Shown piece by piece: positions 20,284-29,600 of a stretch of DNA of 64,000 bases. Position 1 is the stretch's first letter; every line of letters begins with the position of its first letter. A program made the position numbers and the translations under genes. The notes beneath the pieces are model-generated. The model made no database searches, was not told the origin of the DNA, and saw nothing but the letters and a program-made list of their open reading frames with translations. This stretch comes from Betaproteobacteria bacterium (GTDB taxonomy: Bacteria > Pseudomonadota > Gammaproteobacteria > Burkholderiales > Ga0077523), in NCBI GenBank assembly GCA_025350245.1, contig JANXYG010000050.1, positions 321 to 64,320 on the forward strand, read 5' to 3'.

Positions 20284-21051
20284 CTATGGCCAGTCGCCGC
20301 GAATGCCGGGATAGCTTTGCCACGATGGCATCACCAGCCATCCCCCTTCGACCGGCAGATTGACGCCGGTGATGCCGCTCGCTTCATCGGACAGGAGGAA
20401 GGCCACCGCGTAGGCGGAATCCTCGGGCTCCATCAACCGGCGCAGTGCCGTTGCCTTTTCGATGGCCGCCACGTCGCGCTCGCCGGCGTCGATCTTGGCC
20501 TGCAGTGCAGGCGAGCGGGTGAAGCCCGGCGAAACCGCGTTGACGCGCACGCCGCTCGGCCCCCACTCGGCCGCGAGATTCATGGTGATCGACACGATGG
20601 CTGCCTTGGTGGGAGCGTAGCCATGAAACGGCATTGACCGGAAGGCGTTGATCGACGCGATATTCACGATGGAACCGCTGCCGCGAGCCGCCATGCGCAG
20701 ACCGAACGCGAGCGACGTCACGTAGGTGCCGCGCTGATTGATGCGAACCACGCGGTCCCACTCTTCCATGGGAAGTTGTTCGGGCGGAACCGGAACCGCC
20801 AGAATGCCGGCGCTATTCACCAGCCCGTAGACCGGACCGACCTCCCGCTCGATGCGTTCGGCCGCGGCCTCCACCGCATGTTCGTCGCCGACGTCGAGCG
20901 TGCCAGGCACACCGCCGATCTCGGCCGCGACCTCCCTGGCGCCTTCGCCGTTCACGTCGAGCACGACAACCTTCCAGCCCTTGCCCGACAACACGTGACA
21001 ACAAGCCCGGCCGATGCCGCTGGCGCCGCCGGTGACCACTACGATCCGCAT
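20284..21051 (-). CDS. Short-chain dehydrogenase/reductase (SDR)
   Basis: 255-aa ORF with TGGASGIG, NSAG and YAPTKAA motifs. Confidence 0.9.
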   Translation of the reverse strand: MRIVVVTGGASGIGRACCHVLSGKGWKVVVLDVNGEGAREVAAEIGGVPGTLDVGDEHAVEAAAERIEREVGPVYGLVNSAGILAVPVPPEQLPMEEWDRVVRINQRGTYVTSLAFGLRMAARGSGSIVNIASINAFRSMPFHGYAPTKAAIVSITMNLAAEWGPSGVRVNAVSPGFTRSPALQAKIDAGERDVAAIEKATALRRLMEPEDSAYAVAFLLSDEASGITGVNLPVEGGWLVMPSWQSYPGIRGDWP

Positions 21052-21140
21052 TTGACGATCCCCTCCCCAGGTACCGACCTGGCCTGCACGGCGTCAGATC
21101 GGGTTGATGGCGCGAGCAACCATACCATTCGAGATCGGAA

Positions 21141-21530
21141 TCAACCTTTTGCCGCCAGCAAGGCCGCCATCTTCTGGTGGATCAGGTTGATGGCCCTGAG
21201 TGGCCGGATCATCACCTTGAACTCCACGATCCTGCCGTCGTCGTCCCAGCGGATCATGTCCACGCCGTTGACGCTGGTGCCATCGATCTCGAGCACGAAC
21301 TCCAGCACGGCGTCATTGTCGCCGACCAGCTCACGCACGTAGCGGAACGAGTCGACGAAGAACACGCCGAACGCCGCCGTCAGATAGCGCAGCACCCGTT
21401 CCTTGCCGACCTGCGGCGTGTGCACCACCGGCGAGTGGAACACGGCATTGTCGGCGATCAGCGCATCGAGCCCGTCTACATCGCGGGTGGCGATGAGATC
21501 GTGCCAGGCGTCGATGGTGTCGATGATCAA
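21141..21530 (-). CDS. NTF2-like / SnoaL-like small protein
   Basis: 129-aa ORF. The size and pattern (DAWHDLIATRDVDGLDALIADNAVFHSPV) resemble SnoaL/NTF2-fold proteins. Assignment by memory. Confidence 0.55.
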   Translation of the reverse strand: MIIDTIDAWHDLIATRDVDGLDALIADNAVFHSPVVHTPQVGKERVLRYLTAAFGVFFVDSFRYVRELVGDNDAVLEFVLEIDGTSVNGVDMIRWDDDGRIVEFKVMIRPLRAINLIHQKMAALLAAKG

Positions 21531-21564
21531 TGGCTGGTCCTGGTGGCGAGAGGCCGACGCGCGG

Positions 21565-21885
21565 CTACTTCCCGTGCAGGCGGGCCACCTGCGGAGTCGT
21601 CGACGAGGCGCCAGCGGTCACTTCGGCCTTGCGTAGAAACACGGGCGCCACATTCCACTGCTGCCCGTTCTCGGTGACGACGGTGACTGTCTTGCGGTTG
21701 TATCTGGTGACGATGCCGTTGAGCACCGGGTGCCCGTCCGGCTGGAACGAGACTTTCTGGCCGATGCTGAAATCGAGCATGCTCGCATGCGCTCGCATCT
21801 GATGCAGGAATTTGAGGCGGGCCACGACCCGGTGGTTGAGGTCGACGAGTTCGGCCTCGGTGAGGCGGTCGATGTCGATGGTCAT
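21565..21885 (-). CDS. Hypothetical protein (N-terminal helix plus small beta domain)
   Basis: 106-aa ORF with non-shadow composition. No family recognised. Confidence 0.45.
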   Translation of the reverse strand: MTIDIDRLTEAELVDLNHRVVARLKFLHQMRAHASMLDFSIGQKVSFQPDGHPVLNGIVTRYNRKTVTVVTENGQQWNVAPVFLRKAEVTAGASSTTPQVARLHGK

Positions 21886-21932
21886 GGGGAGTTGCTGTCC
21901 TGTCAGTCTGAACCGAGGTCCATGCTACCCCG

Positions 21933-22226
21933 TCAAATCCGACCCTTCCAATAGTCTGGGCTACGCCGTAGATGTGCGACGGCGACCACCAGGATGCAAT
22001 CCGGTTCAACGATGTAGACGATGCCGAACGGGAAACGCCGGACCAAGGTGCGACGAAACCCGTCGGCAATCTCCGTTCCGACCTCGGGCCATTGCCGGAT
22101 GGAATTGATCGCGTTCTCCATGTCATCGAGAAAATCGTCGCCGAGTCCGACGTTTGCAGTCTCGTAGAAAAACGCGGCTTCAAACATTTCTTCCTCCGCA
22201 GGAGGAAGAAACCGATACCCGATCAC
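21933..22226 (-). CDS. Type II toxin, RelE/ParE family
   Basis: 97-aa ORF. The ...RRFPFGIVYIVEPDCILVVAVAHLRRSPDYW ending is typical of ParE/RelE toxins. The GTG start overlaps the antitoxin stop as GTGA. Confidence 0.8.
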   Translation of the reverse strand: MIGYRFLPPAEEEMFEAAFFYETANVGLGDDFLDDMENAINSIRQWPEVGTEIADGFRRTLVRRFPFGIVYIVEPDCILVVAVAHLRRSPDYWKGRI

Positions 22227-22453
22227 CTCAGCCGACGACGGACTCTATCCATGGCGACTTCGCCCGGAACCGCCTCGAGGTCGCCCCGGCGATAGGCTTC
22301 GTAACGACGCCGGGATTCTTCGAGCCAGAGCGCGTCCACGCCTGGTTCAACGGAGCGATCGAGATCGTCGATGAGCACGCGTGCCAAGGCGGCCTTTTCC
22401 TCGCGGGAGAGTGCGCGCGCACGCTTCTCGACATCATCGAACTGGCTGCTCAC
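22223..22453 (-). CDS. Addiction-module antitoxin (putative addiction module component type)
   Basis: 76-aa ORF with LSREEKAALARVLIDDLD and a WLEESRRRYEAYRRGD pattern. Sits directly upstream of, and overlaps, the toxin gene. Confidence 0.75.
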   Translation of the reverse strand: MSSQFDDVEKRARALSREEKAALARVLIDDLDRSVEPGVDALWLEESRRRYEAYRRGDLEAVPGEVAMDRVRRRLR

Positions 22454-22486
22454 GCCCGCGATTGTAAGCGCCGCGGTTCATGACCA

Positions 22487-22618
22487 TCAACAGTCGATCG
22501 TTGCCTTCCTGAACCAAGGAAACTGCGCGAACGGGACGAGCAGTTCCTCGGCATCGAGCAGCAGCCAGAAGCCGTGACGGGACACATTCGTGACTTCAGC
22601 GTCTGACGTGGTGGCCAT
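22487..22618 (-). pseudogene. Truncated DUF2442-like gene remnant
   Basis: The 43-codon frame MATTSDAEVTNVSRHGFWLLLDAEELLVPFAQFPWFRKATIDC resembles the first half of DUF2442 proteins and stops early. Weak. Confidence 0.35.
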
Positions 22619-22703
22619 ACATGCCGGATTTTCTCGATGCGCGACTCGATGACGATTTGTGCCTCTCGCAGCAGCCTGCGGGAAAGACCCACGAGAGTCA
22701 CCG

Positions 22704-23123
22704 TCAGGCACTACCCTTCGACTGATCCTGCGCCTCCATGAACGCCTTGCGGAACGCCATCGGCTTCGCGATGCCGACGATCGGCTCCTGCACTGTGCCC
22801 GCGCCCGAGATCACCAGGGTGCCGAAATCGAACAGGCGGCCCAGCATGCTCTGGTCGACCTGGACCGTCTCGACCTTGTGGATGTTCAGCTCCACGGTGC
22901 GGCGGCTGATGAAGCCAAACTTCACGATCACCCGCCGGTTCGTGATCGCCACCTCGGTGGTCTTGTATTTCACGTAGGCGTAGCCGAGAAAGATCAACCC
23001 CACGCCGACGACCAGGAGGAGAATACCCAGTCCGATAGGCACCGCGAGCGACCACAAGCTGATGTGGCCGACGTGCACGACGTGCTCGTCCTTGACCAGC
23101 GCCCCTTCGATGTAGCTTGCCAT
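22704..23123 (-). CDS. Membrane protein with bacterial PH (bPH_2 / YdbS-like) domain
   Basis: Start at ATG 23123. Has two hydrophobic helices (ISLWSLAVPIGLGILLLVVGVGLIFLGYAYV). These are followed by TEVAITNRRVIVKFGFISRRTVELNIHKVETVQVDQSMLGRLFDFGTLVISG, typical of bPH_2. Confidence 0.7.
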   Translation of the reverse strand: MASYIEGALVKDEHVVHVGHISLWSLAVPIGLGILLLVVGVGLIFLGYAYVKYKTTEVAITNRRVIVKFGFISRRTVELNIHKVETVQVDQSMLGRLFDFGTLVISGAGTVQEPIVGIAKPMAFRKAFMEAQDQSKGSA

Positions 23124-23176
23124 GCGATCTCCCGCCTGCGGAAGGCAATCCGCCTGCCTCCTGTGTTGTCCGGAAC

Positions 23177-23485
23177 CTACCGTTCGTGCGGCAGTATGGC
23201 CTTGATTGCCGTCGCGAACTTGGCATGCGCCACGAGATCGACCGGCCGGAATTTCACCTTGGTGCTCGCCGGGTCCTTGCCGAGGTAGTTGTCGCCCTTC
23301 CAGTTGGTGGCCGGCCGGATCGGCCGTGCCACGAAACCCCCGCCACAGTTCGGGCAGACGTTCTCCAGGATGGAGTCGACGCAGGTTGCGCAGAAGGTGC
23401 ACTCGTAGCTGCAGATGCGCGCGTCCGGCGAGTCGGGTGCCAGCGGCTTGTTGCAGTTCTCGCAGGTGGGGCGGAGTTCGAGCAT
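23177..23485 (-). CDS. DUF1272 zinc-ribbon protein
   Basis: 102-aa ORF. MLELRPTCENCNKPL...CSYECTFCATC...CPNCGG matches the DUF1272 Cys pattern. Confidence 0.75.
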   Translation of the reverse strand: MLELRPTCENCNKPLAPDSPDARICSYECTFCATCVDSILENVCPNCGGGFVARPIRPATNWKGDNYLGKDPASTKVKFRPVDLVAHAKFATAIKAILPHER

Positions 23486-23607
23486 GGGGCTCCTTCCGGC
23501 TGTTGGTGGTCGGCAATCGGGAATCTACTACCGAAGCGGCGGTCCGATTTGTGCGGCCTGCGAAAACGCGATCACGGTGTGCGCTTGTCGCGCGACCAGA
23601 GCACCGA

Positions 23608-24558
23608 CTATCCCTGGTAAGGCCCCAGGAAACGAACACCATTGAAATGAATCATGTGACTGGGCGCATCCGCTACCCACACCTCTGTCTCCCATGCCAT
23701 CTCGCCCAGATATCTACCCATGACGTGGCGGTTAGGAAAAGCCGTAACGTACACGAGCCCGGCCTTGGATCCGGAGAACAACTTCGACAGCTCGGCTTGC
23801 CGCTTTCCGTCAACAGGTCCGTGACTGGTCACCGATTCGACCAGCAGCAGCCAGCCTTTCTGAACGTAGTGCAAGACGACGTCGGGCATCTTTCCGTGAC
23901 TGTCAACCACCACGCCGAGATTTTGAAGTAGGTCCTTGTCGAAGTATCCCCATTTAGCGCCGGTGTCACCCGCATAAACCAAGACACTGCCGGGAGCGAA
24001 TCTGGGGGCGAATTCTTCGAGTACGGCCTTGATCAGCTCGGAATGTTCGCCCGGCGTCAGATTGATCTGCTTGCCCTCGGCTATGGTCACGGGAACTTGG
24101 TGGTGTCGGCGTGCCGCGGCATACTGCGCTGCGAGCGAATTACCGATTGCGAGGTAACCCTCGAGATTCGTTTTCCATTGGGGGCCTCCATAACTGCGCA
24201 TCAGGTCCAGAGCCGGGGGTGCGATCTGGTACACCGCATTCGGGGAGTTGACCGGGCGCTGAGGATTGTCCGGGTTGTACAGCGCGATTCCTGCATCGAC
24301 CAACTGATGCATTGTCTGACGTCGGAATGTCTCGCGAGTATTCGGTGCGTATTCCTTGTCGTAGTGGGCTCGAGCCCAGTTCATGATCGGGGTGATGCCG
24401 ATCAACGGATTGGTTCCCTGACTCCAAGCGCTGCCAGGGCGCAGATCGAGAAGCGCCAGCAGCGACACTGCGGATCGATCGTTTTGTTGGGCTCGTGGCA
24501 TACCGAGTTCGATCAGGATCCGTAGTGCGTTGGCAAGATGACGTTCCTTCCTGGTCAT
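23608..24558 (-). CDS. Type II restriction endonuclease, BsuBI/PstI family
   Basis: Start at ATG 24558, overlapping the methylase stop as ATGA. N-terminus MTRKERHLANALRILIELGMPRAQQNDRSA, and length about 316 aa, are typical of BsuBI/PstI enzymes. AT-richer than the surroundings. Confidence 0.85.
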   Translation of the reverse strand: MTRKERHLANALRILIELGMPRAQQNDRSAVSLLALLDLRPGSAWSQGTNPLIGITPIMNWARAHYDKEYAPNTRETFRRQTMHQLVDAGIALYNPDNPQRPVNSPNAVYQIAPPALDLMRSYGGPQWKTNLEGYLAIGNSLAAQYAAARRHHQVPVTIAEGKQINLTPGEHSELIKAVLEEFAPRFAPGSVLVYAGDTGAKWGYFDKDLLQNLGVVVDSHGKMPDVVLHYVQKGWLLLVESVTSHGPVDGKRQAELSKLFSGSKAGLVYVTAFPNRHVMGRYLGEMAWETEVWVADAPSHMIHFNGVRFLGPYQG

Positions 24559-26081
24559 GCAGTCATCGCCTTGAATTTCTGATCGATGTCGTCCTGAGAG
24601 GCATTCAGGCAATTCAGATACCAGCGCCCGAACTCCTCCAGGATTTCCCTGCTCGGGTAGCGCAAAGTTTTCAGATCGCCGGCGTTGACTTGCGTGTGAC
24701 CGCTGAAGCGTCGGAATGCCTCGTCGACAGCCGATGTGTTCATATATGCAGCCATCCCGTAGGCCAATGCCTCAGGAAGCCCACGGCGTTTTTCGTTGAA
24801 GACGTTTACGTGGTTCTCCAGTCCGAGAAACTCGGTTCCGGGCGGGAAATCGTCCGGTCCGATGACATTGGCGGAAATTCTGCGGTGCTCCTCCTTGGAC
24901 GAAAACCGGCGAACAACGCAGTAGAAGCCATTCGGCATCAGCCATCTCCGCGTGTCATCGTTTACCATGATGGCATTGGCCTTCTTGCTTTCCAACACTG
25001 GCCACGTCACCGATTTTCCAGCGAAGTGAATCGGGTACAAGATCGGCGCGCTCCCTGGCTCCGGCACAAACCTCAGATGGTCCTTCAGGCGAAAATCGAC
25101 GACGGGTCCGGTTGAGATGCGAACACCGATGTCGTCGAGGGTGTACCGCACTGTAGGCAACTGCTCCAGTTCGGTTTCTTCGGTCGACGTCGGGACATGG
25201 ATGAAGCGCTCGACGTCCCCAGGAAGAACAATTCGCTCGAAGGGGTGTTGGATATCGACCAGGTCCGAGAATGTGTCGTCGGTCGATGTGGTTACCGTCA
25301 CCGATCCCTGCCCCCCCCCGCGCTCCAGCATTATGATGATGTTCTCTTGCAGAACATCATCATCACTGAAGGCCTTCGACCGTGAATCGAACAAATGCAT
25401 AGCTCGAAGTGCGGTCTTCGACAGCATGAGCTCGCGAAACGGCCGGTAATAGGTGCCATTGCAAAAACTGCGCGGAACAATAGCGACGACGATCCCACCG
25501 GGCGCCATCAACTCTATGGCCAGCGCGACAAATGCCGTGTACAGATTTACTGTTTCGACGCCGACTTGGCTGAGCGCCCGCCGATGCTGGCTACCATTGT
25601 TGATTTTCTTGTATGGTGGGTTGAGGATCGCATGCGTGAAGTGGCGAGGCGCCCGATCTTCGAGTATCGCCAACGCAGTCTGAACGATGAAGTCCTCGCG
25701 AACAACTCGGGATGTAAGATTCGTCTGGTCAGCATATCGGTCGAGCGTTGCTTCCAGATAGACGAGCAAAGTCTCGTCGAACTCATAAGTCGTCGACTCG
25801 ACGCGCGAGAAGCAGAACCCACCTGATCTCCATCGGTCGAGAAACGCACACGTAAGTGCGCCAAGGCCGGCGCCGGCGTCGAGCACACGGCATAGGCTGA
25901 GGTCACTCGGTGGAAACATCGCAGCCATGAACCGCGCCACAGGCGCCGGTGTCATGAACTGGCCGAGTTGAGATTTCTTCTTCGGTGTGATCTTGGGCGA
26001 GACATCTCGCCGGATCTGATCTGCGTGGTCTAGAAGCATGAGGTCCTCTGCGATCGCGCAGATTACACCTGAACGAACCAT
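24555..26081 (-). CDS. N6-adenine DNA methyltransferase (M.PstI/M.BsuBI-like, Eco57I-type MTase domain)
   Basis: 508-aa ORF with FMTPAPVARFM, DAGAGLGAL (SAM motif I) and the NPPY catalytic motif (AILNPPYKK). Translationally coupled to the endonuclease. Confidence 0.88.
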   Translation of the reverse strand: MVRSGVICAIAEDLMLLDHADQIRRDVSPKITPKKKSQLGQFMTPAPVARFMAAMFPPSDLSLCRVLDAGAGLGALTCAFLDRWRSGGFCFSRVESTTYEFDETLLVYLEATLDRYADQTNLTSRVVREDFIVQTALAILEDRAPRHFTHAILNPPYKKINNGSQHRRALSQVGVETVNLYTAFVALAIELMAPGGIVVAIVPRSFCNGTYYRPFRELMLSKTALRAMHLFDSRSKAFSDDDVLQENIIIMLERGGGQGSVTVTTSTDDTFSDLVDIQHPFERIVLPGDVERFIHVPTSTEETELEQLPTVRYTLDDIGVRISTGPVVDFRLKDHLRFVPEPGSAPILYPIHFAGKSVTWPVLESKKANAIMVNDDTRRWLMPNGFYCVVRRFSSKEEHRRISANVIGPDDFPPGTEFLGLENHVNVFNEKRRGLPEALAYGMAAYMNTSAVDEAFRRFSGHTQVNAGDLKTLRYPSREILEEFGRWYLNCLNASQDDIDQKFKAMTA

Positions 26082-26236
26082 TCCTTGGTGCTACCGCACG
26101 GGCGGGCTCTCGCGCACCGGGCGAGAGCATCCGGCGATGACACGAATTTTTCGGATCTTGTGCGGACGTGACTTGACGCGCCGGGAATTTTTCAACCAGG
26201 GCCGAAGAATAGATTGACACGCTACAACGCGAATAT

Positions 26237-26256
26237 TACTGTCTTTGTGAACAGTA
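26237..26256 (+). promoter_or_regulatory. LexA (SOS) box TACTGTCTTTGTGAACAGTA overlapping a TTGACA-N17-TACTGT promoter
   Basis: Perfect CTGT-N8-ACAG palindrome, read directly. TTGACA at 26214..26219 lies 17 nt upstream. The box sits 46 nt upstream of ATG 26302. Confidence 0.8.
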
Positions 26257-26301
26257 TCAAATATCTTGCCCCATACGCAAGATTTCTTGTCGCATTCCCC
26301 C

Positions 26302-26595
26302 ATGCCCCGAAAAGCCCGCACCGCCGCCGAAGCCATAACCCTCGAGGCCATCCCCAACATCGGCCCTGCGCTCGCGGCTGACCTGCGCCTTCTCGGCATC
26401 GATAAGCCGGCACAGTTGAAGGGGAGAGACGCCGACCGCCTCTACCGCGCGCTCGAAGCGAAGACCGGGCAGCGGCAGGATCCGTGCGTACTCGACACCT
26501 TTCGGGCGGCGGTGGATTTCATGAATGGCGGTCCGGCCCGGCCGTGGTGGACGTACTCGGCGCTGCGGAAGAAGTCCGGCCAAGGCTCCTCGTGA
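26302..26595 (+). CDS. Small helix-hairpin-helix protein (Cdd1 / pathogenicity-locus-like)
   Basis: Start at ATG 26302. [22 protein letters not shown] is HhH-like. The stop lies 22 nt before the dnaE2 start. Confidence 0.7.
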   Translation: MPRKARTAAEAITLEAIPNIGPALAADLRLLGIDKPAQLKGRDADRLYRALEAKTGQRQDPCVLDTFRAAVDFMNGGPARPWWTYSALRKKSGQGSS

Positions 26596-26617
26596 AGCGG
26601 CCCGGTGGCCATCGCCC

Positions 26618-29600
26618 ATGTCTCCCGCCTTCGCCGAACTCCACTGCGTCAGCAACTTCACCTTCCTGCGCGGTGCCTCGCACGCCGATGAGCTGGCGGA
26701 GCGTGCGGCTAAGCTCGGCTATGCGGCGCTCGCCATCACCGATGAATGCTCGCTCGCGGGCATCGTGCGGGCGCACGAGGGCGCGAAGAAGCACGGCCTG
26801 CACCTGATCGTCGGCAGCGAGATCCGGCTGGCCGACGGGCCGACGCTGGTGCTGCTGGCGCAGGATCGCGAGGGCTACGGCAATCTGTCGGCACTGATCA
26901 CCAAGGGTCGGCGGCGCTCGGAGAAGGGCGAATACCACCTCGTTCGCGACGATCTGGACGACGGCCTGCCAGGATGCCTGGCGATCGTGATTCCACCGCC
27001 GGTGCTGGCTGATGGCGAGCCCGCGCTGGCGTTGGCTGCGCAGGCGCAGTGGCTCGCGGCGCGGTTTCGCGACCGGCTGTGGATCGCGGTCGAGCTGCAT
27101 CACGCTGCGAACGATGACGAACGGCTACCGCAGTTGCAGGCGCTGTCGGCGGCCACCGGCGTGCCGCTGGTGGCGAGCAACGATGTCCACATGCATTCCC
27201 GCGGGCGCCGCGCGTTGCAGGATGTGCTGACGGCCATTCGGCTGCGGGTGCCGGTGGCGCGCGCCGGGCACGGGTTGTTTCCCAATGGCGAGCGACACCT
27301 GCGCTCGCGCGACAAGCTCGCGCAACTTTATCCGCCCGAGCTGCTGGCCGAGAGCGTTGCCATCGCGGCGCGCTGCACGTTCTCGCTCGACTCGCTGCGC
27401 TACGAGTATCCGGAGGAACTCGCGCCCCCTGGTGAGACACCGTCGAGCTGGCTGCGCAAGCTGGTCACCGCCGGACTGCGGTGGCGGTTCTGCGGCGCGG
27501 CGGCGCCCTGGGAGCCGGATGCCGGGCCGGGTCGCGAGGCTGCCGCGCCGCCGCGTGCCGTGATCGCCCTGGTCGAGCGCGAGCTCGCACTCATCGCCGA
27601 ACTCGGCTACGAGCCCTACTTCCTCACGGTGTACGACATCGTGGCATTCGCGCGCCGCCAGGGCATCCTGTGCCAGGGCCGTGGCTCGGCGGCCAACTCG
27701 GCGGTGTGCTTCGCCCTGGGCATCACCGAAGTCGATCCGGCGCGCATGTCAATGCTGTTCGAGCGCTTCATCTCGAAGGAGCGCGACGAGCCGCCCGACA
27801 TCGACGTCGACTTCGAGCACCAGCGGCGCGAGGAGGTGATCCAGTACATCTACGCGCGCTACGGCCGCGAGCGCGCGGCGATCGCCGCCACCGTCATCTG
27901 CTATCGCAGCCGCAGCGCGTTTCGCGACGCCGGCCGGGCGCTCGGGCTCGATGTCGCCCAGGTCGACCGCATTTCGAAGAACCTCGCCTTCTGGGATCGC
28001 GGCCAGGCCGTGCCGGCGCGATTGCGCGAAGCCGGCTTCGATCCGGATTCGCGGCTGATGCAACGGCTGCTGCGCGTCGCCGAGGCGCTGCGCGGCTTTC
28101 CACGCCACCTGTCGCAACACGTGGGCGGCTTCGTGGTGTCGCGTGGCCCCATCGACCGCCTGGTGCCGGTCGAGAACGCCGCGATGCCCGAGCGCACCAT
28201 CATCCAGTGGGACAAGGACGACCTCGACGCGCTCGGCCTGCTCAAGGTGGACGTGCTGGCGCTGGGCATGCTCTCGGCCATCCGCCGCGCGCTCGATCTG
28301 ATCGGCCACTGGCGCGGCGCGCCGCTGCGGATGCAGGACATCCCGGCCGAAGACCCCGAGGTCTACGCGATGCTGCAGAAGGCCGATTCGGTCGGCGTGT
28401 TCCAGGTGGAATCGCGGGCGCAGATGACGATGCTGCCACGCCTGAAACCGGCCACGTTCTACGACCTGGTGATCGAAGTGGCGATCGTGCGGCCGGGCCC
28501 GATCCAGGGCGGCATGGTGCATCCGTACCTGCGCCGCCGCCGCGGGCAGGAGCCGGTCGACTATCCGTCCGAGGCGGTCAAGGTGGTGCTCGAACGCACC
28601 CTGGGCATCCCCATCTTCCAGGAACAGGTGATGCAACTCGCCATGGTGGCCGCGGGCTTCTCCGCCGGCGAGGCCGATCAGTTGCGGCGCGCGATGGCGG
28701 CATGGCGGCGCAAGGGCGGGCTGGAGCCGTTCGAGCGGCGGCTGATCGACGGCATGCTCCAGCGCGGCTACACCGAGCAGTTCGCGCGGCAGATCTACCA
28801 GCAGATACTGGGCTTCGGCGAATATGGCTTTCCGGAATCGCATGCGGCCAGCTTCTCGCTGCTGGTGTACGTGTCGGCGTGGCTCAAGCGCCATCATCCG
28901 GCGGCGTTCTGCGCGGCGCTGCTCAACAGCCAGCCGATGGGCTTCTATGCGCCGTCGCAACTGATCCAGGATGCGCAGCGGCACGGCGTGCAGGTGCTGC
29001 CGGTGGATGCGATGGCAAGCGACTGGGATTGTTCGCTGGCGGCGTCACCACGTGGCGCGGACGACACGCCCCCGCCACCCGCCATGCGCCTGGGCCTGCG
29101 CATGGTCTCCGGGTTGTCGCAGGCGGCGGCCGAGCGGCTCATCGCCGAACGCGGGCGGCCGTTCGACACGTTCGAGCAGCTCGCCCTGCGCGCGCAGCTC
29201 AACCGCCACGATCTCGACTGTCTCGCCGGTGCCGATGCGCTCGCGTCGGTGATCGGCCATCGGCGCGAGGCCTTGTGGGAAGTTGCCGGTATCGAGCCGC
29301 GGCCGCCGGTGCTGCACGACACCCCCATCCGTGAGCAGTTGCTGCTGCTGCCCGAGCCGTCCGAGGGCGAGACCATCGTTGCCGATTACGCCAGCCTCGG
29401 CCTCACGCTCGGCCGCCATCCGCTCGCACTGCTGCGCGGGCACCTGCAGCGCCAGCGCATGATGACCGCCTCGCAACTGCTGACCGCGCGCCATGGCCAA
29501 CTGGTGCGCGCGGCCGGGCTGGTCACCTGCCGCCAGCGGCCGGGCACGGCGAGCGGCGTGATCTTCGTGACGCTCGAAGACGAAACCGGCAACACCAATG

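Noticed and set aside
22487-23485. Integron gene-cassette array, suggested by the small DUF2442, PH and DUF1272 genes
   Set aside because: No intI integrase, no attI and no recognisable attC imperfect inverted repeats between the genes.
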